From assembly GCA_024704765.1 (NCBI GenBank), contig JAKMXF010000003.1:1-64000 (forward strand): 64,000 nucleotides of DNA, given 5' to 3'. Below are positions 31,401 to 40,953 of the stretch, piece by piece. The notes beneath the pieces were generated by a model that saw only the letters and a list, made by a program, of their open reading frames with translations, did no database searches and was not told where the DNA came from. Origin of the DNA: Oopsacas minuta (taxonomy: Eukaryota > Animalia > Porifera). Made by a program: the position numbers and the translations under genes. Numbering within the stretch: the first letter of the stretch is position 1; the number at the start of each line of letters is the position of its first letter.

Positions 31401-34400
31401 CAACACAACAAATAACAAATACTTAAATAATTATGCTTAACTGATTCATTCTTTTACTTACCAAATATTTAATATCTTCTGTGTCTAAAAATAGAATACG
31501 AAATTTCTTATTTATATCGATGAGTTTTTGGCGGGATTTCTTGCTGCTGGACCAATCAGATTGCTGGTTAATATCCCGTAGGATTAAGCTTAATTCCACC
31601 TCTGTTTTGGAGAATATGTTTATTACATCTTGTAGCCTTGGAAAGGTGTTGTTGACAGTTTTTGCATCGAAAGTAAACAAATATTTTTGTATATGAAACG
31701 AGATATTTGTAAACAAATTGGAATTTGGAAATTTGTCAAGAAAGATTGATTCAAATAAATATTTATCCAAATCGCCAAAGGAACATAGCAAAATCTGTGT
31801 ACGAATTGTCGTATTAATATTAACTATACGTTCCATTATTGAGTTTAGGTTGTCAAGGAGATGGAAGAATGACTTTGGTATGTCAAATGAAATTACGTCA
31901 TCTATTGGTGGCAGGTGTTTTATCCATTCTAAACTCGTGTATTCATTGGCTGAATTAATTATTAAAGTAGTCGCATAGGTTTGAATTGATTGGACAATTT
32001 GATTTTGTAAACAGCTGAAATTCATTATTACGTCATCGAAAATTTGGCTTTGATTATCTTGCGATTTTGTTTTTGAGGCTATTTTTAGAAAAAATGCCTC
32101 CTCCTGCATTCTTTGCATATTTTCTATCAGAATTGTAACACCATTTAAGAGAACGACAACTCGATCCATTGAAATTTTCCATACATGAATTTCCGTGAAT
32201 TTTTCGCGGACTTTCTGTGATACCTCGTTCAGAAAATCTTGAATAATTCCGACAGTTTGGACTTGATAATTCTGGTGGCATATTCTCTCCCCTCTACTCT
32301 TCATAGCTTTGATTTCTACGAGTAAGTTTATTGCCCATTCTTTGTCAAAAGTGTCCAAATTTTTGTGGAAATTATTTTGTATAATATCAGAGATATTTTG
32401 TTCCATCTCAAGCATTTTTGGGATATTTCTCTCATTTTGTAACACCTCAATTACACTACTTTTCACACCTTTTTCTGGGATGAACCCTATTTCTTCTAAA
32501 CTATCCTCAAAGTCTAAAATCTCGTCCACCCAATGGCTGAATACTTTAACACCATAAGAGACCGGTAACTCCTCAATCTGTATCAAACTATCCTCAACTT
32601 TCTCAACAGCAAATTTACACAATTCAGCTATGAAATCTCTGAGAATATTTGTATAATTTTTGCTAGCTTTTTCCGCAATAATCTCAATTAGTTCCGATTC
32701 TATTACTTTAGAATTTATCTCTATCCACTTCAAAATTTGCTTGAAACACCACTCTGGTTTCTCCAAATTGTTGCTTTCCTTGTCACCTCTAAAATGGTAA
32801 ACAAATCGTTTGTTTAGCGTTGTTGTCAACAAAGAAATTGGAGGGGAGTACACAATTTTATTTACAGATTTGGAGATGTAATGTATATGTGTTAAATATG
32901 AATAATTAATAGCTAAGTGGATGAATTTAGTTTTGTCAGTGGTTTCAGTCTGTTCATTATGGAATGGCCAGTTAAGGTGATTACTCATATGATTAAACTT
33001 CACACTTACTTGGGTCCAAGTTGTCTCGATGCAATCTGAGAAAATTTTCAAAATCCGGTCTTCAGCTTCGACCCAATTTATTTCCAATTTTTTGAGATTT
33101 GAAATATTTTCTTGATTTTTTTCCAAAGTTTCGATTGCTTTTTCGATATTTTGCGTTTCAATGCATTTCTTGTGTAATTCGCTTTCCTTGTTTATTTGTG
33201 AATATATTTGTAAATATTTCAACAAGTTTTCGAGTTGTATTGTTTGTTTATATTTCTCGAAGATACTAACAGGAATTTCCAAAGTTTCAGTTTCACTTTT
33301 GTTAATTATAATAATGTCTTTTGGAAATTTTTCTGGATTTTCTTGGAGGATGTTTACACTCGTTTTCGTAGAATTTTCGCTTTGTCTTAACAACAATTCG
33401 CGTTTTTCAATTAGATCATTTCTGAATTCAGAAATATTCTGTAAATCCATCGAGAGCTTATCCCAAATATTCGCTAAGTCCATTTCTAAGAAAGAAATAT
33501 AAATAATCTCCCAAAATCTATCACCATGGGGTAAATACAGGGGTGTATCTAAGTGCTTGGCGCCAATTCAGCAGCCATGAAGGACAATAAGTACGGACAG
33601 TGAGACTCAAATGTGTATAGAATCAATATGTTACCGTCCAAGCAAGAATTCCTGGATATACCCCATGGGGCAATGGACCTATCGATCGGGACCCTCCCTA
33701 ACCAAATCCCCTTCCATCAATCCTTGAGGAGAAGAGGGCCCTATTAATCTGCTCTTTAATAAACAAATAAAACAAACAAACAAATATAAGCAAACTCCTA
33801 ACTAGTCAAAATAATACAAATCATACTTCAGAATATAATCGTGTTTCACTGCTATCATGACACCTTTACTTGTAACAATACACTTAGGAATTACCCCACA
33901 AACACCGTCCAGCTTTGCCTGCGAGAAAACTCCAGTTTGGAGATTGTAGACAAAGACGAGATTGTCGAAAATTAAAGTTATACAATCGTCAGTGACTAGT
34001 AGATCGGGGTTATAGCGGATATGCTCACTGGCGAATGTTTGATGTCTTAAATGAAACGATTTCAAACATTCATCTTGTATGTTATATACATCTATCGTTG
34101 TGCCGCGCTTGTGGAGAATGTAGAGTTCATTGTTTGTGTTCACTGCTACACGGGTTGGAGAGACTAATTTCCTCTGACGTCCTATCCTTTCTTCTACCTT
34201 TGAGAAATCAGGTAGCACCACAAGAACAAGATTTGTGTCTGAATCAACGATTAAAACTCGATTATCAGTCGTAATATCCAAATCAGATAGTAGCTTAATC
34301 CGTCCGTAATTTGGGACTTCCACGATTTCATTTAGTATCACACCTTTCTGCGAAAATACCCAAATCTTCCCACCGAATTGGCTCGAATGTCCAAAAACTA

Positions 34401-35143
34401 TTTTCGTATCCACAATCGTGATCGCCGGGAAGAACAATCCGAAGTTTATGGCAATTTTCTGTGTAACTTCTCCCTCCATTTCATCAATCACATATATAAA
34501 TTCATCTTGCGAAACCACATATAACATATTTTCACACCTTTTTACGCAAAGTGGTTTAAATCCATTCGAATCACTTCTAATTTTCGTCTCAGTAACCATG
34601 GATGGGTGAGCATCACGAACATTTTCATCCAACGAAACGCCGAATTGGAAACCGACTTGGCTGTAGAAATATGGAGAACTTTGGTGTGTGTATAAGTTAG
34701 TTGCCGGGATTGGGGATAGGGTGTTTAAAGGGGGTGGCGATTTGGCTTGTAGCGGCGTTTTACGTTGAATGTCACCGAATGTTTTGAGCTTTTCCTTGAT
34801 GGCTGAGTCAGTCGTGAAACGAATATGACCATTGCCGCCGTCTGAGATCTCTTTAATAATTACTTCTACCTGATTTTGTAAGACTATTTTCCTGCTTTCT
34901 AGGATTGATACCAAGTCTTTGAATTCTATTTCTATTTCCCTTAAACAGCGTTCCTTCTTGGCTTGCAAATTCTCAAATGGAAGAGACTTTACCTCCACTT
35001 TTTGTGCCATATTTACCAGAACTGTAACTGTAACTAATTAGAATATATTAATTCTATAAGGCTATTGTCAAATTTGATTTTAGTCATTCAATATCATAAC
35101 CATAAAGTTAATATTATATTAATTGGAATCAACGAGGAATTAC

Positions 35144-35207
<64 letters not shown>

Positions 35208-38200
35208 GTTGTTTGATTGTTTGTTTATTTGTTTGTCAGTAACAAGTTAACAACAAACAAACAAACAAACAAACAAACAACCAAATCAAAATGCTACCTC
35301 GTTTCTCCGTAGTGGAGGCTGATTTGTAAGGGGCTAGGAATTAGCTCAATTTCTTTTCACTCCGTTCCCAGAAGTTCCCAATAGTCACAGGCTCCGTTTG
35401 TGGAGGATACACTTATTTTGTTTATTCGTATATGTTGTTTGTTTATTTTAGATTCTCTCTACATATTCAATTCAACAACGAATCTGCAGATCCTATATCA
35501 AGTGTATCATTCCCATTACATGAAAGAACGAATAGAGTAATATATGAGTTAATAATTACATCACATACGTGAGGGGCACAATAGAAATGTGTAATCGAAT
35601 TAAAGAGTTGAATCAAGCATATTTGTATTAATTAACGAGGGTCCTTACGGTGTGAAGGAGGTCCCAGATGGGACACTTTCCCAGTAATTATGAGTCCATC
35701 GTTGAAACACCATAGTAACGTCATGTTCACAAAGGAATGTGTCAATTATTCAATATATTTTCTAGATAGTTATGTGGCTGAATCAAAATTTCCTATTACC
35801 AGACAAGATAACTCCAGCAAATGAATTGGATATTAAACTACTTTCTCTGAGGAATAGATCTCCTCTGTTCATTCAGTTCAAACCAGATCAAAGTCAAAAT
35901 GTAAATACAAATATGTGTACATCCGTTAGATTGAAGCTCAAGGGACCGTGATAATTACTCCGATATGACCGATGGAATATCTGTTACTTTGACGGTTTGG
36001 GACCATATTTGTATCATTTCAAACTTCGGTATAGCGGGTGTTGGTTGTATTTGTTTATTTGTTTGTTTTTAGTTAATTATACAAACAGATAATATCGAGT
36101 TAGCTGGACAGATTGTTCAATCAATTGCCGCCTTCCTAGCCATAGAGGTAATACATATATTAATAATACCTAACACTTTATAGTTTCAGTTCCATATTAC
36201 CGACAAGGACGTGTTATGATTTTTTTAAGGATCTGGAAGTGACAGCAAATTTCCCAGAATTTATCCGTGAGCTAGATGAGATTATTTTGAAGGTAGAAGA
36301 ATTCAATTCAGTTAGGGAGAAAATATCAGCAGAGATGGCAGATCATTCTAATCTGATTAGAAGTTTATTAATACGAGCTGAAGACTGTAGGCTGTTAGGA
36401 AATATGTAAGTTATTCATGGCTCCAATAATTGCCCCTTAATCACCTCCCTGGTATAAGGGGTCCGTTTGTAGAGGTTCATTTGTATGGGACTATGAATTC
36501 GGTTTATTTATTTTCATTCCACATTTCTAGAAGGTTCCCGTTTCCACACAGGTTCCGTTTGTGGAGGTTTTCCTGTATTAATTTTGACTCATAAACTATG
36601 CAAATTCGAGATATTTAATTACTAATAATTATTCATAAATCATGTAAATAATAACAAAAATATAAACTGAACTACAGACAAGTAGTGAGATCTTCTGTGC
36701 TACATAAAGTGAATTGACTTGCAGAATTTATTTGACTGATAGAATGAATTTGATTGAAGTAGATGTGATCTTGTATTTGGCGCCTTTTGAAAATTTCCCG
36801 CGAATACTCTAAATACCCGCACAGGGAATTTGAAATCGATCCAGAAGTTTTGACATTATATTTCCCTCTGCGAAATAGGCGCTTTGCTTTTTGAATTAAT
36901 CGTGTCAAAACTTTCGCTTTTTTGATTCGATATTTTGGCTGACTTTGCATGAAACTAAACTCGCGAATAATGGAAGGTGAATGTTTCAGGAATCCTGTCG
37001 ATGTCGTCATTTTGTGTTCCGGCGAGATCCACTCAAATTCTGTTGTAAGAGACATTTTCAAATTGGTACTTATGTTTGAATAATTTCCAATATTTATATT
37101 TTGCCAAGTGCAAGAGGTCATAATATTGAGTAACTACTGGTGAGCAAAATGAGACATCTGCATGAAATCGACATATTTGCTTTGTAGTGTAGTTGCTATG
37201 GTTATGGGCGGGTAAACTATTGAATTGAATTCTTTGATAAGGTTTTAGGCGGGCGTACAACATTCAGGCGCCAATTACTTCTTGCCAAATGGTGCTAATT
37301 ATGGTACAAAGAGATTCAAACATTGAACCTACATGTTGTAATTCTGTAAACAAAATATGATATTTTGGAATCCTCAAAAGTGATTTAATCATATTTCTAA
37401 GTATTTACTTATGCTCATTAATTTCTGCTAAACAGTGGCCCCCGTGATTTGTATAGTGATATGATCATGCGTATGGAATGTGGATATATTTATCATGAAG
37501 GTAGGTGTGCAAAGGAATGTGGACTGATAATGAATTGTACTATTTGCAAACAATTTGAAGTGATTGAATATTTTGATGTTTTGCAAAAGTCATAATTGAG
37601 ATATTATTTGTTGTAAATTCGTTCTAAATAGTTCGTTGAAACGCTAATTAGAATATTATTAGAAATATTTGATATTCGATCGCCAGAGTGTCTCTCCTTG
37701 AAATAGAGACACAAACGAGCCTGTAAAATGGCCTCCAAGACCTTGGTATCTGACATTAAAATTTTGTCCAACTCACCCAGAGAATAGCGCTATAATTATT
37801 ACAGTGTAACCTCACGAACGGAAACTTCTGGAAACGGAGTGAAAGATGAATAGCGCACATTCCTAGTCTCACACAAATGAACCTCTAACGGGGTAGCATT
37901 CTTCGGCGTCTCTGACACCCCGTTTGTGGAAGTTACATCCTTGTGTATACAAATATTTTTTATAGAAGAGATATGAAGAAAGCATACAGCCAATTAATGG
38001 AGCTAAATCATGATCTAATAACCGGGTATAAGATCAGAACTGGTAACCATTTGGAGTTCTTGGAATGTTTGAAGATTGTTAATCAAGCTATTCAGAAATC
38101 TGGAAGATTGAGAGGTAGGACACTCCCACCCCCTCCAGTAAATTTATTGCCCCCTTAAAAATTAGATTTTTCAGACTCCTTACCTCGAAATTTACCCGCC

Positions 38201-38988
38201 AAAATTATTATCTTTACTAGTCTATTTCACGCGCCAAATAGCTGATAATATATATAATTTAGGCGCGGTTTAGACTAATTTTAAGCGCTCAAATTGAGTT
38301 TAATGAATGGTAATGCTAATTAAAGAATAATCATGACTTTATCAAAATACTTTAATGTAAAATTACTCATTTACTTTGATTTAACAATTTTTGCTTTAAG
38401 GATGAGGTTGCTATCTAACAGAGATGGCTCTACTTCTAAAATATTAAAAAGTGTCCAGATGTATTTTTTAGGCACGGATACCCTGAGATAGAGGTGGTAT
38501 GATTAACCATATGAACATAAACGTATTGTGTCTATTTGGTTAATATACTCACCCACGTGTTGATATTAATCTATTGATAATAGAGAAACTGCTTAGATTC
38601 CACAGAATTATAAAACATTTCAAAGTTCAATCGTGGTAGAGCAAATGGTGTATTGTGTGCAGTAAGCAGTTTATGCTAGAACCTAGTAATGATGACAAAC
38701 ACCTGCTTGAAAGGCGCCTATTTTCTAACCTTTCTATCGAAGCTGGAATATAAGTTACTTAAACTGTTTGTGACCTATTTGTACAATTTCACACTTTGAT
38801 ATAAGCGGGTATTTCTATATATCCGTGTTTGATATAATTGTAGTTGAGTGTATTTGTTTTAGTTTTTGTTTACTTTGTTTACTTTAGTTGGTAAGCCAAA
38901 GACACAAGTTGTGAATGGATGTAGGAATGCGATAAAAAACAATAATTTTCAAGGTCTAGCAAAGATTATTAAAACTGGGAAAGTTTGA
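28489..38988 (+). CDS. BBS2: BBSome subunit BBS2, about 14 exons
   Basis: Exons read [92 protein letters not shown]|[36 protein letters not shown]|[17 protein letters not shown]. Large introns 31141-35451 and about 36408-37966. Confidence 0.95.
29117..29349. mobile_element. MITE family D copy 2
   Basis: gttgggaaattgttccagctc ... gagctgaaacaagtttctcattaacag. Confidence 0.75.
31200..31328 (+). mobile_element. MITE family A 3-prime portion in a BBS2 intron
   Basis: gacggtttggggcaatatttgta..gatatataaggagttgagtgta. Confidence 0.7.
31423..33483 (-). CDS. RINT1: RINT1/TIP20-family tethering factor, intronless, nested antisense in BBS2
   Basis: KRFVYHFRG...N.LEKPEW..Q...WI and H..DE.L.FE..L are RINT1/Tip20 signatures; N-terminal coiled coil. 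Confidence 0.82.
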   Translation of the reverse strand: MDLANIWDKLSMDLQNISEFRNDLIEKRELLLRQSENSTKTSVNILQENPEKFPKDIIIINKSETETLEIPVSIFEKYKQTIQLENLLKYLQIYSQINKESELHKKCIETQNIEKAIETLEKNQENISNLKKLEINWVEAEDRILKIFSDCIETTWTQVSVKFNHMSNHLNWPFHNEQTETTDKTKFIHLAINYSYLTHIHYISKSVNKIVYSPPISLLTTTLNKRFVYHFRGDKESNNLEKPEWCFKQILKWIEINSKVIESELIEIIAEKASKNYTNILRDFIAELCKFAVEKVEDSLIQIEELPVSYGVKVFSHWVDEILDFEDSLEEIGFIPEKGVKSSVIEVLQNERNIPKMLEMEQNISDIIQNNFHKNLDTFDKEWAINLLVEIKAMKSRGERICHQNYQVQTVGIIQDFLNEVSQKVREKFTEIHVWKISMDRVVVLLNGVTILIENMQRMQEEAFFLKIASKTKSQDNQSQIFDDVIMNFSCLQNQIVQSIQTYATTLIINSANEYTSLEWIKHLPPIDDVISFDIPKSFFHLLDNLNSIMERIVNINTTIRTQILLCSFGDLDKYLFESIFLDKFPNSNLFTNISFHIQKYLFTFDAKTVNNTFPRLQDVINIFSKTEVELSLILRDINQQSDWSSSKKSRQKLIDINKKFRILFLDTEDIKYLVSKRMNQLSIII
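33802..35010 (-). CDS. Coiled coil plus NHL-like beta-propeller protein, intronless, nested antisense in BBS2
   Basis: N-terminal heptad segment resembling the TRIM BBC region, a Pro-rich linker, then repeated short beta-strands such as [15 protein letters not shown] and [14 protein letters not shown]. Confidence 0.65.
   Translation of the reverse strand: MAQKVEVKSLPFENLQAKKERCLREIEIEFKDLVSILESRKIVLQNQVEVIIKEISDGGNGHIRFTTDSAIKEKLKTFGDIQRKTPLQAKSPPPLNTLSPIPATNLYTHQSSPYFYSQVGFQFGVSLDENVRDAHPSMVTETKIRSDSNGFKPLCVKRCENMLYVVSQDEFIYVIDEMEGEVTQKIAINFGLFFPAITIVDTKIVFGHSSQFGGKIWVFSQKGVILNEIVEVPNYGRIKLLSDLDITTDNRVLIVDSDTNLVLVVLPDFSKVEERIGRQRKLVSPTRVAVNTNNELYILHKRGTTIDVYNIQDECLKSFHLRHQTFASEHIRYNPDLLVTDDCITLIFDNLVFVYNLQTGVFSQAKLDGVCGVIPKCIVTSKGVMIAVKHDYILKYDLYYFD
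35145..35205. repeat. (GATT)n microsatellite
   Basis: About 15 perfect units, direct reading. Confidence 0.95.
35931..36045 (+). mobile_element. MITE family A copy in a BBS2 intron
   Basis: aagctcaagggaccgtgataattactccgatatgaccgatgg..gacggtttgggaccatatttgta. Confidence 0.75.
36672..37121 (-). CDS. Hypothetical basic protein nested antisense in a BBS2 intron
   Basis: 149-codon ATG-started ORF in AT-rich intronic DNA; no recognised motif. Confidence 0.35.
   Translation of the reverse strand: MTSCTWQNINIGNYSNISTNLKMSLTTEFEWISPEHKMTTSTGFLKHSPSIIREFSFMQSQPKYRIKKAKVLTRLIQKAKRLFRRGKYNVKTSGSISNSLCGYLEYSREIFKRRQIQDHIYFNQIHSISQINSASQFTLCSTEDLTTCL
37800..37947. mobile_element. MITE family C (tacagtgtaacctc / ccgtttgtggagg); related copies near 2190-2326, 30735-30825, 35360-35415, 36455-36577
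   Basis: Left end tacagtgtaacctcacgaacgg, right end ccgtttgtggaagttaca; the copy at about 2326 ends ccgtttgtgtgtgttacactgta. Confidence 0.7.
38730..38852 (+). mobile_element. MITE family A 3-prime portion in the last BBS2 intron
   Basis: tttgtgacctatttgtacaatttcacactttgatataagcgggtatttc..gatataattgtagttgagtgta. Confidence 0.7.
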
Positions 38989-39433
38989 AAATGATTAATC
39001 ACACTTATCTCTTATTATTTATTTTTTGATTCTATCGAATAATTGCTATAATTCAGATATCATTAAAGGCGATTCACTTGGCGTATTCAATTGTTTACTT
39101 GTTTGTTTGTTTGATGAATATCTCAGTACGTACTTCGAATAGTAGCCGAGGTGATTATTCATATTTTAGCACCCTTGGACGGGGGACATAATGCATTACT
39201 ATAATCACATACTACACACCATGAATCATAGCATTCTATACATTAATATATTCACCAACTCCCTAACGTGTTTTTGTGACGTGTTATGTCCCAGTTTCTA
39301 TGGTTACCTCGTTGGTATTTGGCTACACCCTTATTGAGGGAGATTATGGAAGGAGACAACTCTAACAAACTAAAACACCTCTTAAAGCATCATAAACAAA
39401 TAAATAAACAAACAAACAAACAAACAAACAACC

Positions 39434-40626
39434 TCACAAAACACCACTATAGATTCTAACTACATCGTCAATACTAGCTGCCAATCCTGAACAAGGACAT
39501 TTTCCTTCACTTCTAATTTGATTAGTAATACACTGGTAGCAGTATACCCAGCCACTGGGTAACACTACAGATGGATTGTGCATATCTTGGTTGCATATGG
39601 GACATTTCGTGGAGTCTGTATGTGCTTTTGGTGGAGGTGGTGGAATGGGTAATCTGTAAATAGAATTTGTCACTTACAGACACAATTAGCAGAGGCGTGC
39701 TGGGGTTGGGGTACCCACGCGGTATTCCATTCGGCCCCGAGGGGACCCCCCATCGGTTTTATGGCCAGCACGTCGGAGCAATTGAGCGATATTGTAACGA
39801 ACCTGGTTTTGAATATTTCGAATATTCCTTTATCATGATGTGCATACCAATGTTGCAAAAACTTCACTAAGAAAGCACCAAATGGGAGAATATGTGAAAA
39901 GCTGTAGCCAATCAGATTTGCAGCTCCAAATGGAATCAAAATGAAATTCCTTAAGTTTGTCCGTGTAGAGAATTGTGAGAAATACGGAAGGCTCGAATCT
40001 GATTGGTCTGATTCCAGAATTCGCGAAATTTTTAAAGATTGCAGAAATAATATAAAATTGAAAAATTCAGTTTTTCGTGTCAAATATGAGATTTTAAAAA
40101 TAATAGAAATTATTTGTAGAATTGCGCTGGAATATCGAAAAATTTTCAAAAAATTCTCCTCTTTTGAAGTTAAAATTTCAAAGTTTGATTCTTTTTCTTG
40201 AATTATAAGAAATTTTTGCTCCAATTTATCATAAATATAAGGTACAAGACACAAACTGATTAGGCTTAAAAATTTCCCCCTTATATTCAATACAGTTTCC
40301 TTGGTTACGCTTGTGTCTCTCAAATATGTGTCAAGTAAATTCGGTGAGAAACATCTTTGCAGACCGTAAAAATGTTCGCCAAATGAGGCGTTATATGTCG
40401 CGATATGATGACCTTGCAAAAATAAATCAAAAATCAGATAAATCTCATCAAAATATGAGAAAAGATTTGAAAGTCTTTGAGGGTAATTTTCTGTTAGATT
40501 TCTACTAACGAATTTAAACGCGGGTTTCAAACATTGCTGCATTCCATCTTGCGCGATCAGTTCAAAGATTGTAGGACGATTTGCTTGAGAAGATGCGACG
40601 TTAACGTGAGCTCCTTCTTCTGCCAT
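39434..40626 (-). CDS. PEX12: Peroxin PEX12, 2 exons
   Basis: MAEEGAH..PTIFELIAQD..LKPAF, FGEHFYGLQR, FL..WY; intron 39654-39802 gives FKTR|LPIPPPP followed by RING-like CPIC..SGWVYCYQCI..CP.SG. Confidence 0.93.
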
Positions 40627-40953
40627 TTTCACTTACCTAAATATTAAAAGTAAAACAGTAGATTCTTTCCAAAATGGTTGCCTGAAATTACTATTTATGG
40701 AAGTGGAACTTTAGGTATGAAATGGAACTACCAAAGACAACAAAATTCCATAAATACATCTCAGTAAATTGTTATTCAAACCAAAAATGTTAAAATATGA
40801 AACAACAAAATATACAAATAATATCAGCAAATTCTAGCTTTGTTGAAACATATAATATACTATACTAGTAAACAAATAGGTAAACAAACAATACATAATT
40901 AGGAATAAAAACACATTTCAAATAAACAAACAAACAAACAAACAAACAAACAA

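Noticed and set aside
36455-37947. Composite (Pack-type) transposon formed by two family C MITEs around the orphan ORF
   Set aside because: The outer left TIR and a shared TSD are not recognisable, and MITEs are common enough in these introns for flanking to be chance.
38395-38700. U3 or box C/D snoRNA-like sequence (gatgagg.., atgatga)
   Set aside because: No ordered box set or terminal stem could be identified.
39654-39677. 24-nt micro-intron in PEX12 (gtaagt..tttacag on the minus strand)
   Set aside because: The upstream donor at 39802 gives FKTR|LPIPPPP, matching PEX12, and removes repeat-like sequence that would otherwise be translated.
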